Positions 13,761 through 27,223 of a stretch of DNA of 64,000 bases are shown here, one piece after another; position 1 is the first letter of the stretch; every line of letters starts with the position of its first letter. The notes beneath the pieces are model-generated. The model was not told the origin of the DNA and searched no databases. It saw only the letters and a program-made list of their open reading frames with translations. The position numbers and the translations under genes were made by a program. Source of the stretch: Oopsacas minuta (taxonomy: Eukaryota; Animalia; Porifera); assembly GCA_024704765.1 (NCBI GenBank), contig JAKMXF010000326.1, positions 62,001 to 126,000 on the forward strand, in the 5' to 3' direction.

Positions 13761-16700
13761 GCAAATTTACAATTATTTTTTAAGTCACTTCAATCACAAG
13801 TAGAAATAATACGCGAATAGTAGCACGAGAAGTATAGTAATCAAAGAATTTGTCCATATAATAATAATTATATTCGGTAGAAGTATGGTAATTGATGCAT
13901 TAAAATAATCAATAACTTTTGCTGTAGAGAAACATCAATTTGAAACTTTAGGATATTCAAAATCCAAAGATTGTGTACAGGCAGTAAGAAGTGAACCGGT
14001 ACAATAAAATTTGAAGTTTCGGATAATTGAGATCACGCGATTAATACATAAACAGTTAAGCAATGAGACCATGGCATAGAACCTGCTTAAGGGGATATTT
14101 TGGAAAAAGAATTTCAGATTTTTAATGTTGTCATAGGTGAAAGATAGGAGTCCTAGTTATCACAGGTGAATGATTGATAACGAAATGAACACCATAGTGC
14201 CATTATATGTCAAAGGTTAATATAGTGGCGATTGATTCATTTTTAAACAGCCAAATTCAACTAATCTTGAATAAATTTAATGAATAGAGTAGTAGAAAGG
14301 TTGACAAATATGCAGAGTTTACAATCCACTCTAGTAATTATACTTAGATCATGGATTAAAGAAGATAAAATTGCTAGTATAAAAGTAAAAATGGTTTCAT
14401 AGATCCTAATTGAGAAAAGAAGTATAAGTTGAAAAAGGTCCAGAATTAATGAATAGTACAACAAACGAGGAAAGTAAAGATAGATTCCATATCTTTTCAA
14501 AATATACTATATTATATGGAATAAATTACCGAAATATTTTAATGGTTAAAATCAATTTCAAAATGATAAAATCGATGTAATATACCCAAGATTAGTTTAG
14601 GAGTACAGAAAACTTCAATCCATGTACTAATAGAGTTATTAAGATTGTCAAAACTAGAAATGTCAATATTATCTGAAAATGAGAGAAAAAGGTACTCCAA
14701 GAAATTGGTGAAAAGTTGATCAATGGCAATTTCCTCAATAAAGACACATTCAGTTTCTGCAAACCTGCAAACTCTATTCATACTCGAAGAGTTACAAAAT
14801 TGATCTTGTCTCTTGGTAACAGTACGCGTATCTTTGCTAAGATCAGTCACTGAATTTTCCATTGCTAAAAGCTTTTCTTCCATCAATTTAATGAATGAAA
14901 GGGCATTCTTCAATATAGAAACTTTACTAATTGATTGGCTTGAAGGACAACCTAAAAATTAATCATATAAATACCATGTGGTGAATTTGATGTAACAAAT
15001 AACAATCAGGAGATAAATTATTTAGATATCGCTGTTAGTAAATAAAAAAGACCATTTTGGTAGGTACTGGCCCCTGGGTGACAGTTATGTACAAGGTTCA
15101 CTATAAGTGAAAATTAGATAAAAAGGTCATGCCTTACCCTACTAAACATGTTGCATAACAATATCTCGTAAATTGGGAGCAGGGATGTAGTATTAGCGGA
15201 ACGAATATATATATACACACATGTTTTCTGTATTGCAGATAAGGTTCATTTTTGCCAGAATAGATGTATTACCTATTTCTAGAACATTAAATTGTATACC
15301 AATAAATATTCAAAACTTTAAGGAACGTGTCAAAGCATGTGCCTAGTAAATAATAATTTAGTAAAATAAATCATTCACGATACCTTGTATAATGTAAATA
15401 TTAAATTTATCCCCTTAAAGTGAACATATGAATTGTTCTATATTCTTGTATCACCTCAAAGTGAACATATGAATTGTTCTATTTACTTGCATGCAAATAT
15501 CAAACTTTATCAAACAAAAGTTGGTTCGTTATTGAATTACCATAGAAACCATGGCTCAAAAATTTTATGACCATCCAAATATAACTCGATAATCGTAAAA
15601 TTTTGGTAAAATCAGAATAACCAATTTCACAATATACCTGACTTCACTTAACCTTGTAATACATTTTGATATGATATCTTGTACCAATGTGAGGATGCGA
15701 TATATGGTCATTCTAAGCTTGCGGAATATTCTTTAATTATTTCATATCAAAATGGATTACAAGAGTAAGGTAAGTCGTGTACATAGTGTATAATGAGTAG
15801 TAGGATGACTTCGAAATGGATACGGAATATTCTAAGGGTTGTAGAAAACAAGTTCGTTAAGATATTAGGTTTGATAACAGAATACAAATTACTCATATTC
15901 GGTGGATATTAAAATACCAAATATTCCCAAAATATTATAGATTAAACATAAAAAATGGATTCAAGCCGTTTGTAGATAAATAATAAGTTTAATCAATTCG
16001 GTTGTAAGGAGAGTATATTTATTCTTCATTGATTAAATGATTAATGCTTGACAATCTTTGTAATAATTTATTGAAGTGAAATTTCATGCTTCATAGGAAC
16101 GGAAACATTTGTAATTTTAGTATATATTCGACCTGAATCAATCAATTCTTTAGTTATCACATTGGTAATCTCTATCATGTAATTAGGTTCTGTTTCAATC
16201 AAACTGTTTCCACAGGAATACCCAAATAATTTGTTCCTCAACCACTTACTATAGTATTACGCGTGAAATAAATAGAGCACGACATTATATATTACCAAAT
16301 TGACTTCATGCTAGAGTTTGCCAATACTACTCCCTAAAGGTACTCTGTTTAGGTTGTGCGTCTCGTTTAGTTAACCTATAAACAGGTAAAATACAACTGA
16401 AAGATTGAGAATAATAGTATACAATCGAATTTCGACCTAGTATTTAAGAGCACCAGTGTGATACTTGCATAGAGTGCGAAATTGAGATATGCTTACAATA
16501 AGTTAGCTATTTAGGATTTCCCTCTTTATGTATAACCGCTTATTTTTCGAAAAAGTGAAATTTTGATGGAATGCTAATATTCTCATGTTGCCACGCAAAT
16601 GTACATCCACGCCTATTGCGGATAAACTAGTTTCAAAAGTAAAGGTATGGCAATAAATTTCCTTTGACACTACTGTATCCGCAGTGTAGCGACTTCCAAT

Positions 16701-19700
16701 TCATGAATAATACAGTTATGACATCTAATTCTAATACTAAATAAGTAATTACGTCATATATCGGTGTTGATAATATATGGCAAGTGAATAAGTATCTTAT
16801 TAACCTCTAGAGTTAGTTGCAAAAGCTGTATTATTCATTACAGAATTCGAGTATTGCTGAAACAATATTGTCAAAAATAAAGGTCTATCATCAATATATT
16901 TCCAGGTGTGGCTTGAATCTCTTTATATACATTTGAATAGAAACGGAGGAACATATCAGCATTTCATCAAATTTTCAACTTATTTGCGAAACATATACAT
17001 CGTATCGTGATACCATGTAGATATCGAAGATTTAACTTTGTACTGGATTAAAACAGCCTAGAAACCTACTTCAGCGTTTAATGTGTTCAAATGACAAGGA
17101 CAAATTTTGAGAAGACAAGCGTGCACGTGGTTAGCTTATAAATAGGTGTTGGTAATACATTTAAAAGGTATATAGTAAATATTAATCGTATTGGGACCAT
17201 AAACCTGGAGTTATAGCCATCTGCCTGTCATTCCTGGCCCTTTGGAAAGTATTTGAGTAGCAACTCTGTGTTACAAAATTCCGGATAATATCAATGTAAC
17301 ATCACTCCATAATTTCTTGAATAAAATCAATGTTAATACACCCAACCTGATGGACCTTTTGTACAGTCTCTCCATCTATGCCAATTTGTATATGTGTGGA
17401 AAGTATTTTAACCATCACAGAAAGAAAATATTCTGAGTGTTTTCAAATGTCCCAGTTCTATGGAATAGCTGAAAACTCTTTGGGAAGAGTTAAAAGCTTT
17501 TGTACTGAAATGTTCTTAAGTAATGTGGCTGTGAACTATGTTTAAGAATCTTTGCAACTTGAAAGAAAGGATGCTTCATGATAAATTAATAACCCTTTGA
17601 TTCTAAAAATAGACCAGCAATAACTACATTTGGCTATGAAGGTAGAGACGCAGTGCAAAGAAATAGTGCGTTGTAACAGTGAGTGATTTACAGGGTTTGG
17701 TAAATTGGTCTCGGGAAAATTCATATTGGGAACTAGGAAGAATTCTAGGCCGAGATGGAACATCTTCCAATGGAGCGATGAAATGGCATGAGATTAAAAA
17801 TGTGAGATCTTTGGGAATATCTTCTACACAATTATCATTCCAATTGTAAATACGAATTCGATACCGATTCAATAGCATTCTATTTGGCTGCTGGACTAAA
17901 ATCAATCATCTCCCAACATTATGGCAGTACATCCTCAATAATGCAGACAGCACCATTCCTATTACAAAATAATTTTTTTGGATAAGTGAAATGTATTGAA
18001 AAATACTATAGGACCAGGAAAACATTTTATTCTCGCATTTGGATTGGATCCAATTTTGCCTTATGGAAGATTTTATCTACTTGGATTGTTTAACCACTAG
18101 GCTCTGTTCGTATTAGCGAGTTTCTCGATACACATTCTCAGTCAGATTGAATTACTAGATTGAAGATTCAAATTGAAGGATGGAGTGACTCCTTAAATAT
18201 ATCAGTGAATACCATATGAATGCGTCATGATAGATCACATACCCCGACTCCAACATTATAATTCCACAAGATATAGTTGCAATAGCAAGCGCAATAGAAA
18301 ACCACAATTTGTGAGAACTGGTTATTCGCTCAACTAGTCGCAAACTCTTAGATATAGATATTCCTATACAATAACTTATTGATTATAAAGTAGCGGCAAT
18401 AGTTGTAGGCATTCAACAAGCCTAGAGTAAATAACTTTGCAAATTCTGTTTATAGTGTGATGGTTCACTCAATACAGGCTCATTAGAAAAAACTTGTTCA
18501 CAATAGACATTGTTGATCAAAGTTAAAAACGCCATAAAGTCATACGTATGCAAGGATTTCTGGTCAGAGTCGCCAATGATAAAGGAACCACTATATATAT
18601 TCCATAGTCTTCTGTGTTTGGTTAACAGAAAACAAAGCCAAGCAAGAGCAAATTACAATATCAATTCGGAGGGACCGTCAACTTTAAAAGCATCATTGCT
18701 AAGCGCTGTGTGGCATATGGTATACATCTTAGGAGTTTTCAGCCATTTTAAGATAAGACCCCACATATTGATTCGGGACATACTCGAGACCAAACATAAC
18801 AATCAAGCGATTTTCCCAAGTTTATACCTAAGACTTACATACTATTAACAACTCTGTTAAATTGTTAATAGACTAGATAAATTAATTACATTATATCTAG
18901 CACATCAGGTTTCAATTGTTTGATGTCAATATTATTATGAAAGGCAAAACATTGTTACATACGTATTGAATTTATGTGTATGCACTAATTGCAATTATGC
19001 GTATATGCGTACATTAGAAAAGTTAACGCAATAAGCGTATATAATATTTTCGAAGAGTAAAAGATGGAGAATTTAATAATATATGAAAAATTTAAAGCTA
19101 TGTTAAGTATACAAGGAATTTTCAATAACTTGTATGTATTTTCAAAATTATAGTTTATTTGTAATCTATTGTAAACAAGAAGGGGCTCTGTGTAAAGCCA
19201 AAGTAATCATTTCAAAGACCAAAAATAAACCTTTTATGATATTTGTCAAGTCTAAATGTATAATGCTAGATTTCCTTACTAACAATGATCAGTTACAACT
19301 GAATATAGGACGTCGACCTCGAATTCAACACGAAGAAAACCAGCGTTGAACAGTCCTAGCAGCTAAAATTTGGGAAAAAATACGAGATGATAATAGGAAC
19401 TCAGTGAACCATCAGTATGTGATTACCCTTGTGACCAGCCATAAAGTTGACATTTTGAGAGGTGTTCACTTTTACTGATATTATATACAAGAAATTGAAA
19501 ACCTTTGGGACGGATATAGGGTGTTCATCTTTATGGATTTAACAAATACAGAGTTCACTATTCACAGTAAAGAGGTTCTCATTAAAGAGAGGTTCTTCCA
19601 AATATTATTTGATACAGATAAATTTGGGCCCAGGAATGCGAGTCTACTAATGCGGCTTGTCAGAGGTGGTCATAATATTTATAAAAACCTAGAAATTTCA

Positions 19701-20154
19701 GAAAAAAACATCTTCTTGGTCATATTCTGGTTAGAGGTGCCAGAAAGTTCTAATGGAAATGACAGAAAACACCAAGGCTGGTATTGTATCTTGCAAGGGC
19801 TTCCTAAATGAGGCACCCCTTGCAAGCATGTAACTGTTATAAGTGCACACAAGAATTCCATAAAATCTGAAAATATCAGCAAAATTCGTAAATTTTTGGT
19901 TCGTCATTGTGTAGATTAATGGTGTCAGTTAAAATTCTAATTGAAATGGCCGAAACCCCTATGCTACTATTGTTACCTTTCAAGTGGGTTTCCAATTGAG
20001 GCATCTGTTGCAAAGTCATCACGTTTTAAAGTGCACTCGATTTCCAAATAATCAGAAAAATGTCAGCAAAATTTATCAATATTTGCTTCGTTATTGTGAG
20101 GTTTATAGGAGTTAGTCAAATTATTAATTGAAATGGTAGAAACCCGACCCTAGG

Positions 20155-20222
20155 CCGAATGCTCGCTAATTCGAACAGGTCCTAATTCATTCCGACCTTT
20201 TCGAATTAGCGAGGATTCAGTA
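20155..20222. repeat. Tiny pogo/Tigger-like MITE remnant
   Basis: ctcgctaattcgaa ... ttcgaattagcgag inverted repeat ending gattcagTA. Confidence 0.5.
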
Positions 20223-20539
20223 TAACTAGGTTTAGATAAACTAAGGTATACTGTAGTACATATAAAACGTCTTCACACGATAATTCATTTTAGTTCCTTT
20301 CAGATTGTTCAGCCTAGGTAAGGGTATCCAGTTTATGAAATGAGAGGTAACTGCAATTGAAATACAAGTTGTTCACTAAGAAAGAAATACATTATTTTTC
20401 ATATTTAACTCAATATTAGGGAAATAAGTGGTTGAGTTATATACAATCGCAAATTCGAATAAATCCGAAACAGAAGATTCTCAAAATTGGAAGTTTATTG
20501 CTTTTCGAATATTGTTAAAATTAAGAATATATTTATGGC

Positions 20540-21500
20540 AAAGGTCGGGGTAACAGTTATTGGCTTTTGTGTAACGACTCGGCATTTGTTCTGGACACAT
20601 TGTTGAAACCTGATCAAGTCACTGATTGTTATTACATCACGCTTATCCTTCGAATTGTTAGGGTCCCATCACAATCAGGCTGCAGAGTACAACAAATGTA
20701 TGTAGAACGTTCTGAATTAACTTTTGTAAGAGTGACAGAATTATAATAATTATCCGAGAATACACAATATCTCTTATTAGAAAATCGGACATTAAATGCA
20801 AACAATAGCTCCGGTTAAGCCTATAATATGTTCATCAAAGTAACTCTATCCACTATATATTGCCACTCTGAGGGCGATCCCAATAGATCCGCATAATTGA
20901 AAAATTTATGGCATATTTAGGCGTAAGTTTTGAATATACTGTAGAAATACCAAGCAATGTCTCCAAAGGACCATTGAATCATCTAGCGAATGTCCTCCCA
21001 GGAGGTATCTCCTATTCACTGCATAATTCAAGTGGTCTAGATGGTTTGATCATTATAAATCTGGATTAACATGGTTGCTTATTGTCGACAAATTGCCAGA
21101 AGCGTAAAATTAATTGAAATCTGTTTCTACTCATCACATTTCTCCATAAAGAACTATTGTATAAACATCATTACTCCAATAAAGCAATTTTAGGGAAACT
21201 AAAGGATCCCTTTGGATGAAAAACCCAATGAACATTCGCATTTCAGTTCTATCAGATTGCTTCCAGTTGTTGAAACGAGAATTACTAAGTAGCCAATATG
21301 AATTGCTCCTTCCAGTTGTTGAAACAAGAATTACTGAGTGTTCAATAAAAATTGCTCCGCATAAATATTAGTTTCCTGTGCCATCATATGACAAATCTGG
21401 TTAGTTAGAAAAGATCGAAGAAAAGCCAGGAGTGATATTTGATAGTTATTGTTAACCTTTGCTATTTGGGAATACTTGGATGTAGTGGGAATAGAACCTG
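20540..21500 (-). mobile_element. piggyBac (PGBD4-like) transposase remnant
   Basis: Manual translation across stops and frameshifts: ETNIYAEQ, EMRMFIG, YWSND, VMSRNRFQLILRFWQFVDN, SLDDSMVLWR..LVFLQYI, DNYYNSV, KDKRDVITIS. No TTAA-flanked TIRs recognised. Confidence 0.82.
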
Positions 21501-22199
21501 TCTTGACAAAGTATCAGGACTTGGAGGAGAATCATTAGCTACTAGGCTGGACTTGTATTATTTAAATGTGTGAGAATTGAATTCGGTGATAAATCATTTA
21601 AACTTTACGAATTTGTTAATGGAGTACCAAACCTTACAGTTTCGGATTTTGCAACTAAATTTGGTTAAACATCTTTTCCGACAGGAACCAGAGGTCATGT
21701 CGGTCATAGCGTGATAAGAACTGTGATCAACATTCAAAAAGGTTGAATAGTTAGTTTCATTCGTTGGGGGTTAGAGGCTATATGAGAGATTTCATTCACC
21801 CAAACTACTAGGAAAATAATTATCAGCTTGAATATTCGAAACACATATTTCATGAGGACATTCAGTTTCCATAGCATTTAAATCAGAAAAATCTAGTTTA
21901 CTTGTAGACGTAAATCTAACTCTGGTGAAACTGAAACTAATATCAATACCCATTGAATCAGAATTAGAATATACTCAAAAATATTACAATGATAATGTAT
22001 GCCAATTGATAAGGGTATCAGAAATAAACCAACGCAAATCAGAATATATGAAAATTTATAAAGGATAATCTCAATCACCGTCTGTCCCTAATTAAATTCC
22101 AGCAAATTCCTTTTAGTAGATTATTGAAACAATAATATTCTACCAAATATCCATTTTAGCAAAGAAAGATCAAATTGATATTTTACTAAACTTGTCAGA

Positions 22200-22500
22200 A
22201 GTGAGTATTAGAATATAGATATATTAAGAACAATGGAATTCACGAATATACGTATATGGAATATATGTTATTGTAATACTTTTAAGAGCAATACCCTTGG
22301 TAGACGTTTGGAGCAAGCCTGAACTTAGATTTAGATTTGGGAATTTTGTTAACTATATTCATAAATACAACACTAAATTTACATATATTAATGTAAAAGT
22401 GTGAAAATTCCTATTAGTTATGCTCGATATCATAGTGTGGAATTATGGAGTAATAGGTGAAAATTTGACTTCGCTATTCGCCTAAATTAATTTCTGCATT
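22200..22500 (+). repeat. Interspersed repeat, homologous to 50957-51270
   Basis: Shared gagtattagaatata..aacaatggaattcac.aatatacgtatatgg and aaagtgtgaaaat blocks. Confidence 0.6.
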
Positions 22501-22987
22501 CGATTATACGCTATTTCAAGCCTAGAAATATACTATTCTTAATTACTTACTGAACTTATAACATATCTAACCAATGTCTCAAACTTATGCTAAGATTTTA
22601 AATTTGAAAACATGAAAACCACAAATGTATATTTTCAAATAACCTTGCGATATTTCAGCATTCCTGGATTTTCGTTAATTCAATGGTATTTTTGTATTCG
22701 TATGTATTATGTGATTAATTTTAACTAGTTTGCAAAACAAATATATCTATATTTATTCATTCTCAAGCAATTTATCCGTCTATTAATATCATTATTTCAG
22801 CTCCTTGACCTACATTTTAGGTCCCCAATCTTACAATGCAAATAATTGCCAGTTGAATATTTCGCAATTTCGCAAAGTATATCTTTAGAAATTTCATTTT
22901 CAAAAATTTCTAGACCCATCCAAATGCGCCCACTTATACTTTTCTTAACATTGAACGTATGGGGCACACCTATTCGGATGAAATGTA

Positions 22988-24293
22988 CAGGGTGTCTAAT
23001 AAGTTCTGTCCTCATAAATCACATCTTATTGCATAGTTACATATGAACACACAAGCAGTTTTAGATGCATAATTTGTAACACCTTTTCGGTTCTTTCTAA
23101 CGATATAATAGGCTTCTACATATTATTATTTACACTTGTGAAAATAATGGCTGAAAAATTTAGATCCAAAATTACCGCACTTTCGAGATAGGTAGCTCAA
23201 AAAAGGAAATTTTTCAAAAGCTAAAAAATGGAAGGTTTCACCTAAGCTAATATATCGCACAATAAAACGATATAAGGATACTGGAAGCTTGAATGACAAA
23301 CCTAGATCCGGTAGTCCAAGGTCTGTAAGGACTCCAGCCTTGAAAAACAAAGTCCGCTGCCGAATTTCTCGGAATCCCCGGAGGCCCATCAGGAAAATGG
23401 CTCGTGAGTTATCGGTTAATCATGAAACGATGCGAAAGCTGGTAGTTGAGGATCTAGGGCTTAAGTCTTATAAAAGAAAGAAGGTACACCACCTTAACCC
23501 GAGTATTCGACAAAGAGGCTGGCTAAATCGAAAGCACTTCTTCAGCGGTTCGCTCCTGGACACAAGACCAGATCCTCTTCTCAGATGAGAAAATTTTCAC
23601 GATTGAAGAGGCTTGGAACAGACAAAATGATCGAATTCTTGCTACCAGTTCCACAGCAATCCCAGAAAACCTGAAATACATCAATAGAGTGCAGAAGCCA
23701 ATGTCTGTGATGGTCTGGGGTTGTGTGTCAGCAAATGCACGGATAAGTCTGATTTTTCTCCCCCAAGGGCTCAAAATCAACTCTGCGACATACCAAGAAT
23801 TGATTTTGGAACAGGAAATCAGTGTAGCTGGGCAAAATCTATTTAGAAATAACACTTGGATCTTTCAACAGGATTCTGCCCCTGCACATGCATCCAAAAG
23901 CACTCAAGACTGGTTAAGGGCAAAAAAAATCGAGTTTATTAGCAAAGACGAATGGCCCCCATCTTGTCCAGATTTGAATCCGCTCGATTATAGCGGCTGG
24001 GCTAATCTGGAGGCAAGGGCCTGTGCTAAACCTCACAAGAGTTTGGACTCTCTGAAGCTCTTCCTTCAGCGTGAATGGCGAAAATACCACCGGATGAGCT
24101 GCGAAATGCAATAGGGAACTTAGGACGCGGCTACAGGCTGTAATTTCTCAAAAGGAAGGATATATTGAGAAAACACTTTACTAAACAATTTATTACTAAA
24201 TATTTTATCAGTTAGTAAATTATCAACCAAATTGATTTAATATAAAAATATGGCAGGGAAAAACATTGAGGACACAACTCATTAGACGCCCTG
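22988..24293 (+). mobile_element. maT (DD37D) element, sister subfamily of family A
   Basis: TIRs cagggtgtctaataagttctgtcctca / tgaggacacaactcattagacgccctg with TA flanks. FSDEK motif; QQD(37 aa)D counted from QQDSAPAH to PDLNPLD in ORF 23689-24114. Confidence 0.93.
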
Positions 24294-25036
24294 TATATTT
24301 AGAAAAATTCGAATTTTCGTTATAACACTTTATACTTACTGTATTTGAATTCATTAGTATCTTTATATGAAGTAACCAATGGAGTAATTAATTTAGTACA
24401 CGCATTGTTATTCTAGTTTATAAATAAATAGGGCTGGCTGATATAATACACTCAAAAATTTAGTACTCATTTATTCTTGAACCGTAATTATTCATTAAAT
24501 CACAATACCACAGATTATGTCGTAGTCCCATCTCCAGAAGTGTAACTAAAATCTAGTGCTATTTTTGAAATCCACAGAGTCAATTTACTATAAATCAACA
24601 CATTTAAACTTGTATCTTCAGTGTAAGTATCTATTCTCCTATAATCGGCACTTTACCACACTGTGTATATATTCAGTGAAGTTGTATTAAATTCTATTTG
24701 CTTCCATGATAAACACGATAAACACATAGTTATGCGACAATTTCCAATTGCACACAGCAAAACCTTTCCTTGACAATGGACAATCAACAATTAAGATTCA
24801 ACTATTATTGACCTGAGCAACTATACTATGCAATAGTATTAGTCGGTACAATAAAAATACTGACTATCAAATGGTGAATATATGATACCAGGAATTGTAA
24901 GAGTTCGATTATTCTTCCATAGTATTTTAACAATGATTTCACATGTCGAGCAAAATTGGAAGAATTATTATTTGACTTTAGTGGGTTTCGATTACAAGGT
25001 CGCTGCGCGACAGCTTAGTGATACCAGTTAGCTTAA

Positions 25037-25820
25037 GGGTCTAGAGTAAAGGAAAACAAATGTTCTAAATCTTGGGTTAGATTCGGTTTATCAGATATCT
25101 TAACAATCTACAACCTGTGAGAAATTTCAAATCAATCGGATAAGAATTGACAGAGCCAGGTGTAATTGCATTTTCGTCTGTCAATGGTCTAAGGCTAGTC
25201 AAATTTAAAAATGGCCCCAAGATCGAGGATAGTAGCATCAACATATGTAGCTATCAATGTGTTCTAGATGGTTATAGGTATGAGGGAGATTTTAAGGTCT
25301 CGCACCGGATAGAACAAAGTCTCTAAGAGGTTTGGAGGAGATTGTGAGCCGAACTTTATACAGGCGGGTGCAAATAGAACAATCGGGCTGTGTCATCCCG
25401 TATAAACATATCTTATCTACATATAACTGTTTAGAACACATAGACATCTCAAATTATGTTGCTGCCACTGTCCGAGAATTCGAGGTCACTACAAGGCCGC
25501 TCACAAAAGTGGTCACCTAAAGTTAAGGACTGTTGCATAATCATATTCTGAGAAAACAATGTGTTCTAAACGGTTGTACGTACCTAAGCTATGTTTCTAA
25601 ATGATAAATTGTTTTTCGAATTCTTGGCTGCATCCTTTGCTGGAGCTCGACTCTCGCTTTCGCACCGGTCAGCCAAGAATCAAAAGACAATTTGCCATTT
25701 AGATAATTGTGAGCCGCCTTGAAGAGCATGGACAGACGAAAATGCAACCTCACGTGGCTGAGTCAAATCTTACCGGGTTGCTTTGAAATCTTTACCCAAG
25801 GTGTAGATATGTCAGATCTC
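25037..25820. mobile_element. Non-autonomous foldback/MITE-like element, TTAA-flanked (Kolobok-like?)
   Basis: Diverged inverted arms: aagaattgacagagccaggtgtaattgcattttcgtctgtc (25142) vs gacagacgaaaatgcaacctcacgtggctgagtcaaatctt (~25731). TTAA at 25033 and 25821. Confidence 0.45.
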
Positions 25821-25899
25821 TTAACAGGAAGATCCCATTCAGTAAATGTTTATAGCGTTAGGAGTCGCTACGGGGCAGAATATAATAGGCACTAAGTGC

Positions 25900-27040
25900 T
25901 TCGAACTCATAGAATAGTAAAATTTTAGGATTATATTTTCCATGGTTAGATATTAAACAAGGAGACTTTTAAGGATAATAAGGGAGACATGATCATGTTT
26001 AAGAAAAGTATAGGAACAACTCATTGAATGCTATATTTGAAGGTCCTTTTTAGTCGCTTGAAAGACGTTGTATTAGTATTCATGTGATGACACAGAAAGA
26101 AGCGGTAATATAAATTGATGTAAGATGTATGATAACATCAAACACAATCTTCCCTGAAGGAACTTGAGTCATTCTTAGGTTTGATTAACTACTACAGGGA
26201 TGTAAGTCCTGAGTTTGCCAAAGGAGCTCCTCCCCTATACTATCTGATGGAAAGTGGGAGTCCCGTGAGCTTTGAGGGAGCCTCGGAAGTTTGCTTCAGG
26301 GACTTGTGTCAAGTGCATACTTCTAATTCAGTCATCCCAGCATTTCCCCAAGGGGATAAACCAATATATTGGAGTATGCGAATCTGTAAAGTTCATAAGA
26401 AATATTGCATTGTTAATATGTCAGGCAGCATGCAGCAGGAAAATAGAGGGTAGAGAAACACGAATAAACTGAATACATCATTTCCACAGTGGAAATTCGA
26501 TTAGATAAATTGCAAAGATATATCAGAGTGATTTACAATCAGGGGTAACAGAGGGGCGCACAACCAGTAGATTAAAATATGTACAAATTTAGAAAAGAAT
26601 ACTATCACTGGACAAATGGAGTGAAATATATTGTCGCCTCAACAAATGGTGAATGTGCAGATTTGAGTTGGCAAAAATTCGGGTCACCCTTGGGCTACCA
26701 CCCTAGGGTCATGTATGAATTCTCCTAAACCTCATAGGAGTTGATCAAATTTGATGCATCAAAGTTATCAAATTTAGCGCGCAACATATCCATCAAGATT
26801 TTTAGATACGATTCACCTGTAAATAAACCTTGATAGCAATCTAAAATTCTAAGAATGTGGACCTAATACGCTATAAACAGACTTAATGGGCATTATTTAC
26901 ATTTATCTAGGAAAATGCCTAGCAAAATTCCTAACAGGGCCAAGAACGAACTAAATTTCTTTGATGAAATTGTGAGAGAGAGTCTCCAGAAAATTTACAC
27001 TACCTCAACAAAAGACAGGGAGGAATTTTCTAAGTTACCT
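25900..27040 (+). mobile_element. Ty3/Gypsy pol remnant (end of RT, connection, RNase H)
   Basis: LKVLFSRLKD, ELESFLGLINYYRD, PLYYLM, VIPAFPQGDKP. Many stops; no LTRs found; boundaries approximate. Confidence 0.7.
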
Positions 27041-27223
27041 CTTCTCTGAAAATGTGAAAATTTGATTAATTTGACTTCTTATAACATAAACGATGGAGTA
27101 CACAATTTATCAGTTGATTGTAAAGTCAAATTATATTACTTGATAGTTAAATATATACATAATTAAGAGTTATACCACCATTTTAACATTTGATCTATCT
27201 TAGACAATTATTAAACTATTCTA

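Noticed and set aside
15416-15482. 25-bp direct repeat aaagtgaacatatgaattgttctat x2
   Set aside because: Simple local duplication with no associated structure.
18510-18848. 112-aa ORF, possibly a pogo DDE_1 remnant (LGVFSHFK)
   Set aside because: A single short motif; cannot be supported as a gene or a TE.
19400-19880. piggyBac C-terminal Cys-rich remnant on the plus strand
   Set aside because: Motifs too degraded to assign without alignment.
21240-21420. GGAI/FxxN beta-helix (Pmp-like) repeats
   Set aside because: An alternative frame of the piggyBac remnant plus a tandem duplication explains it.
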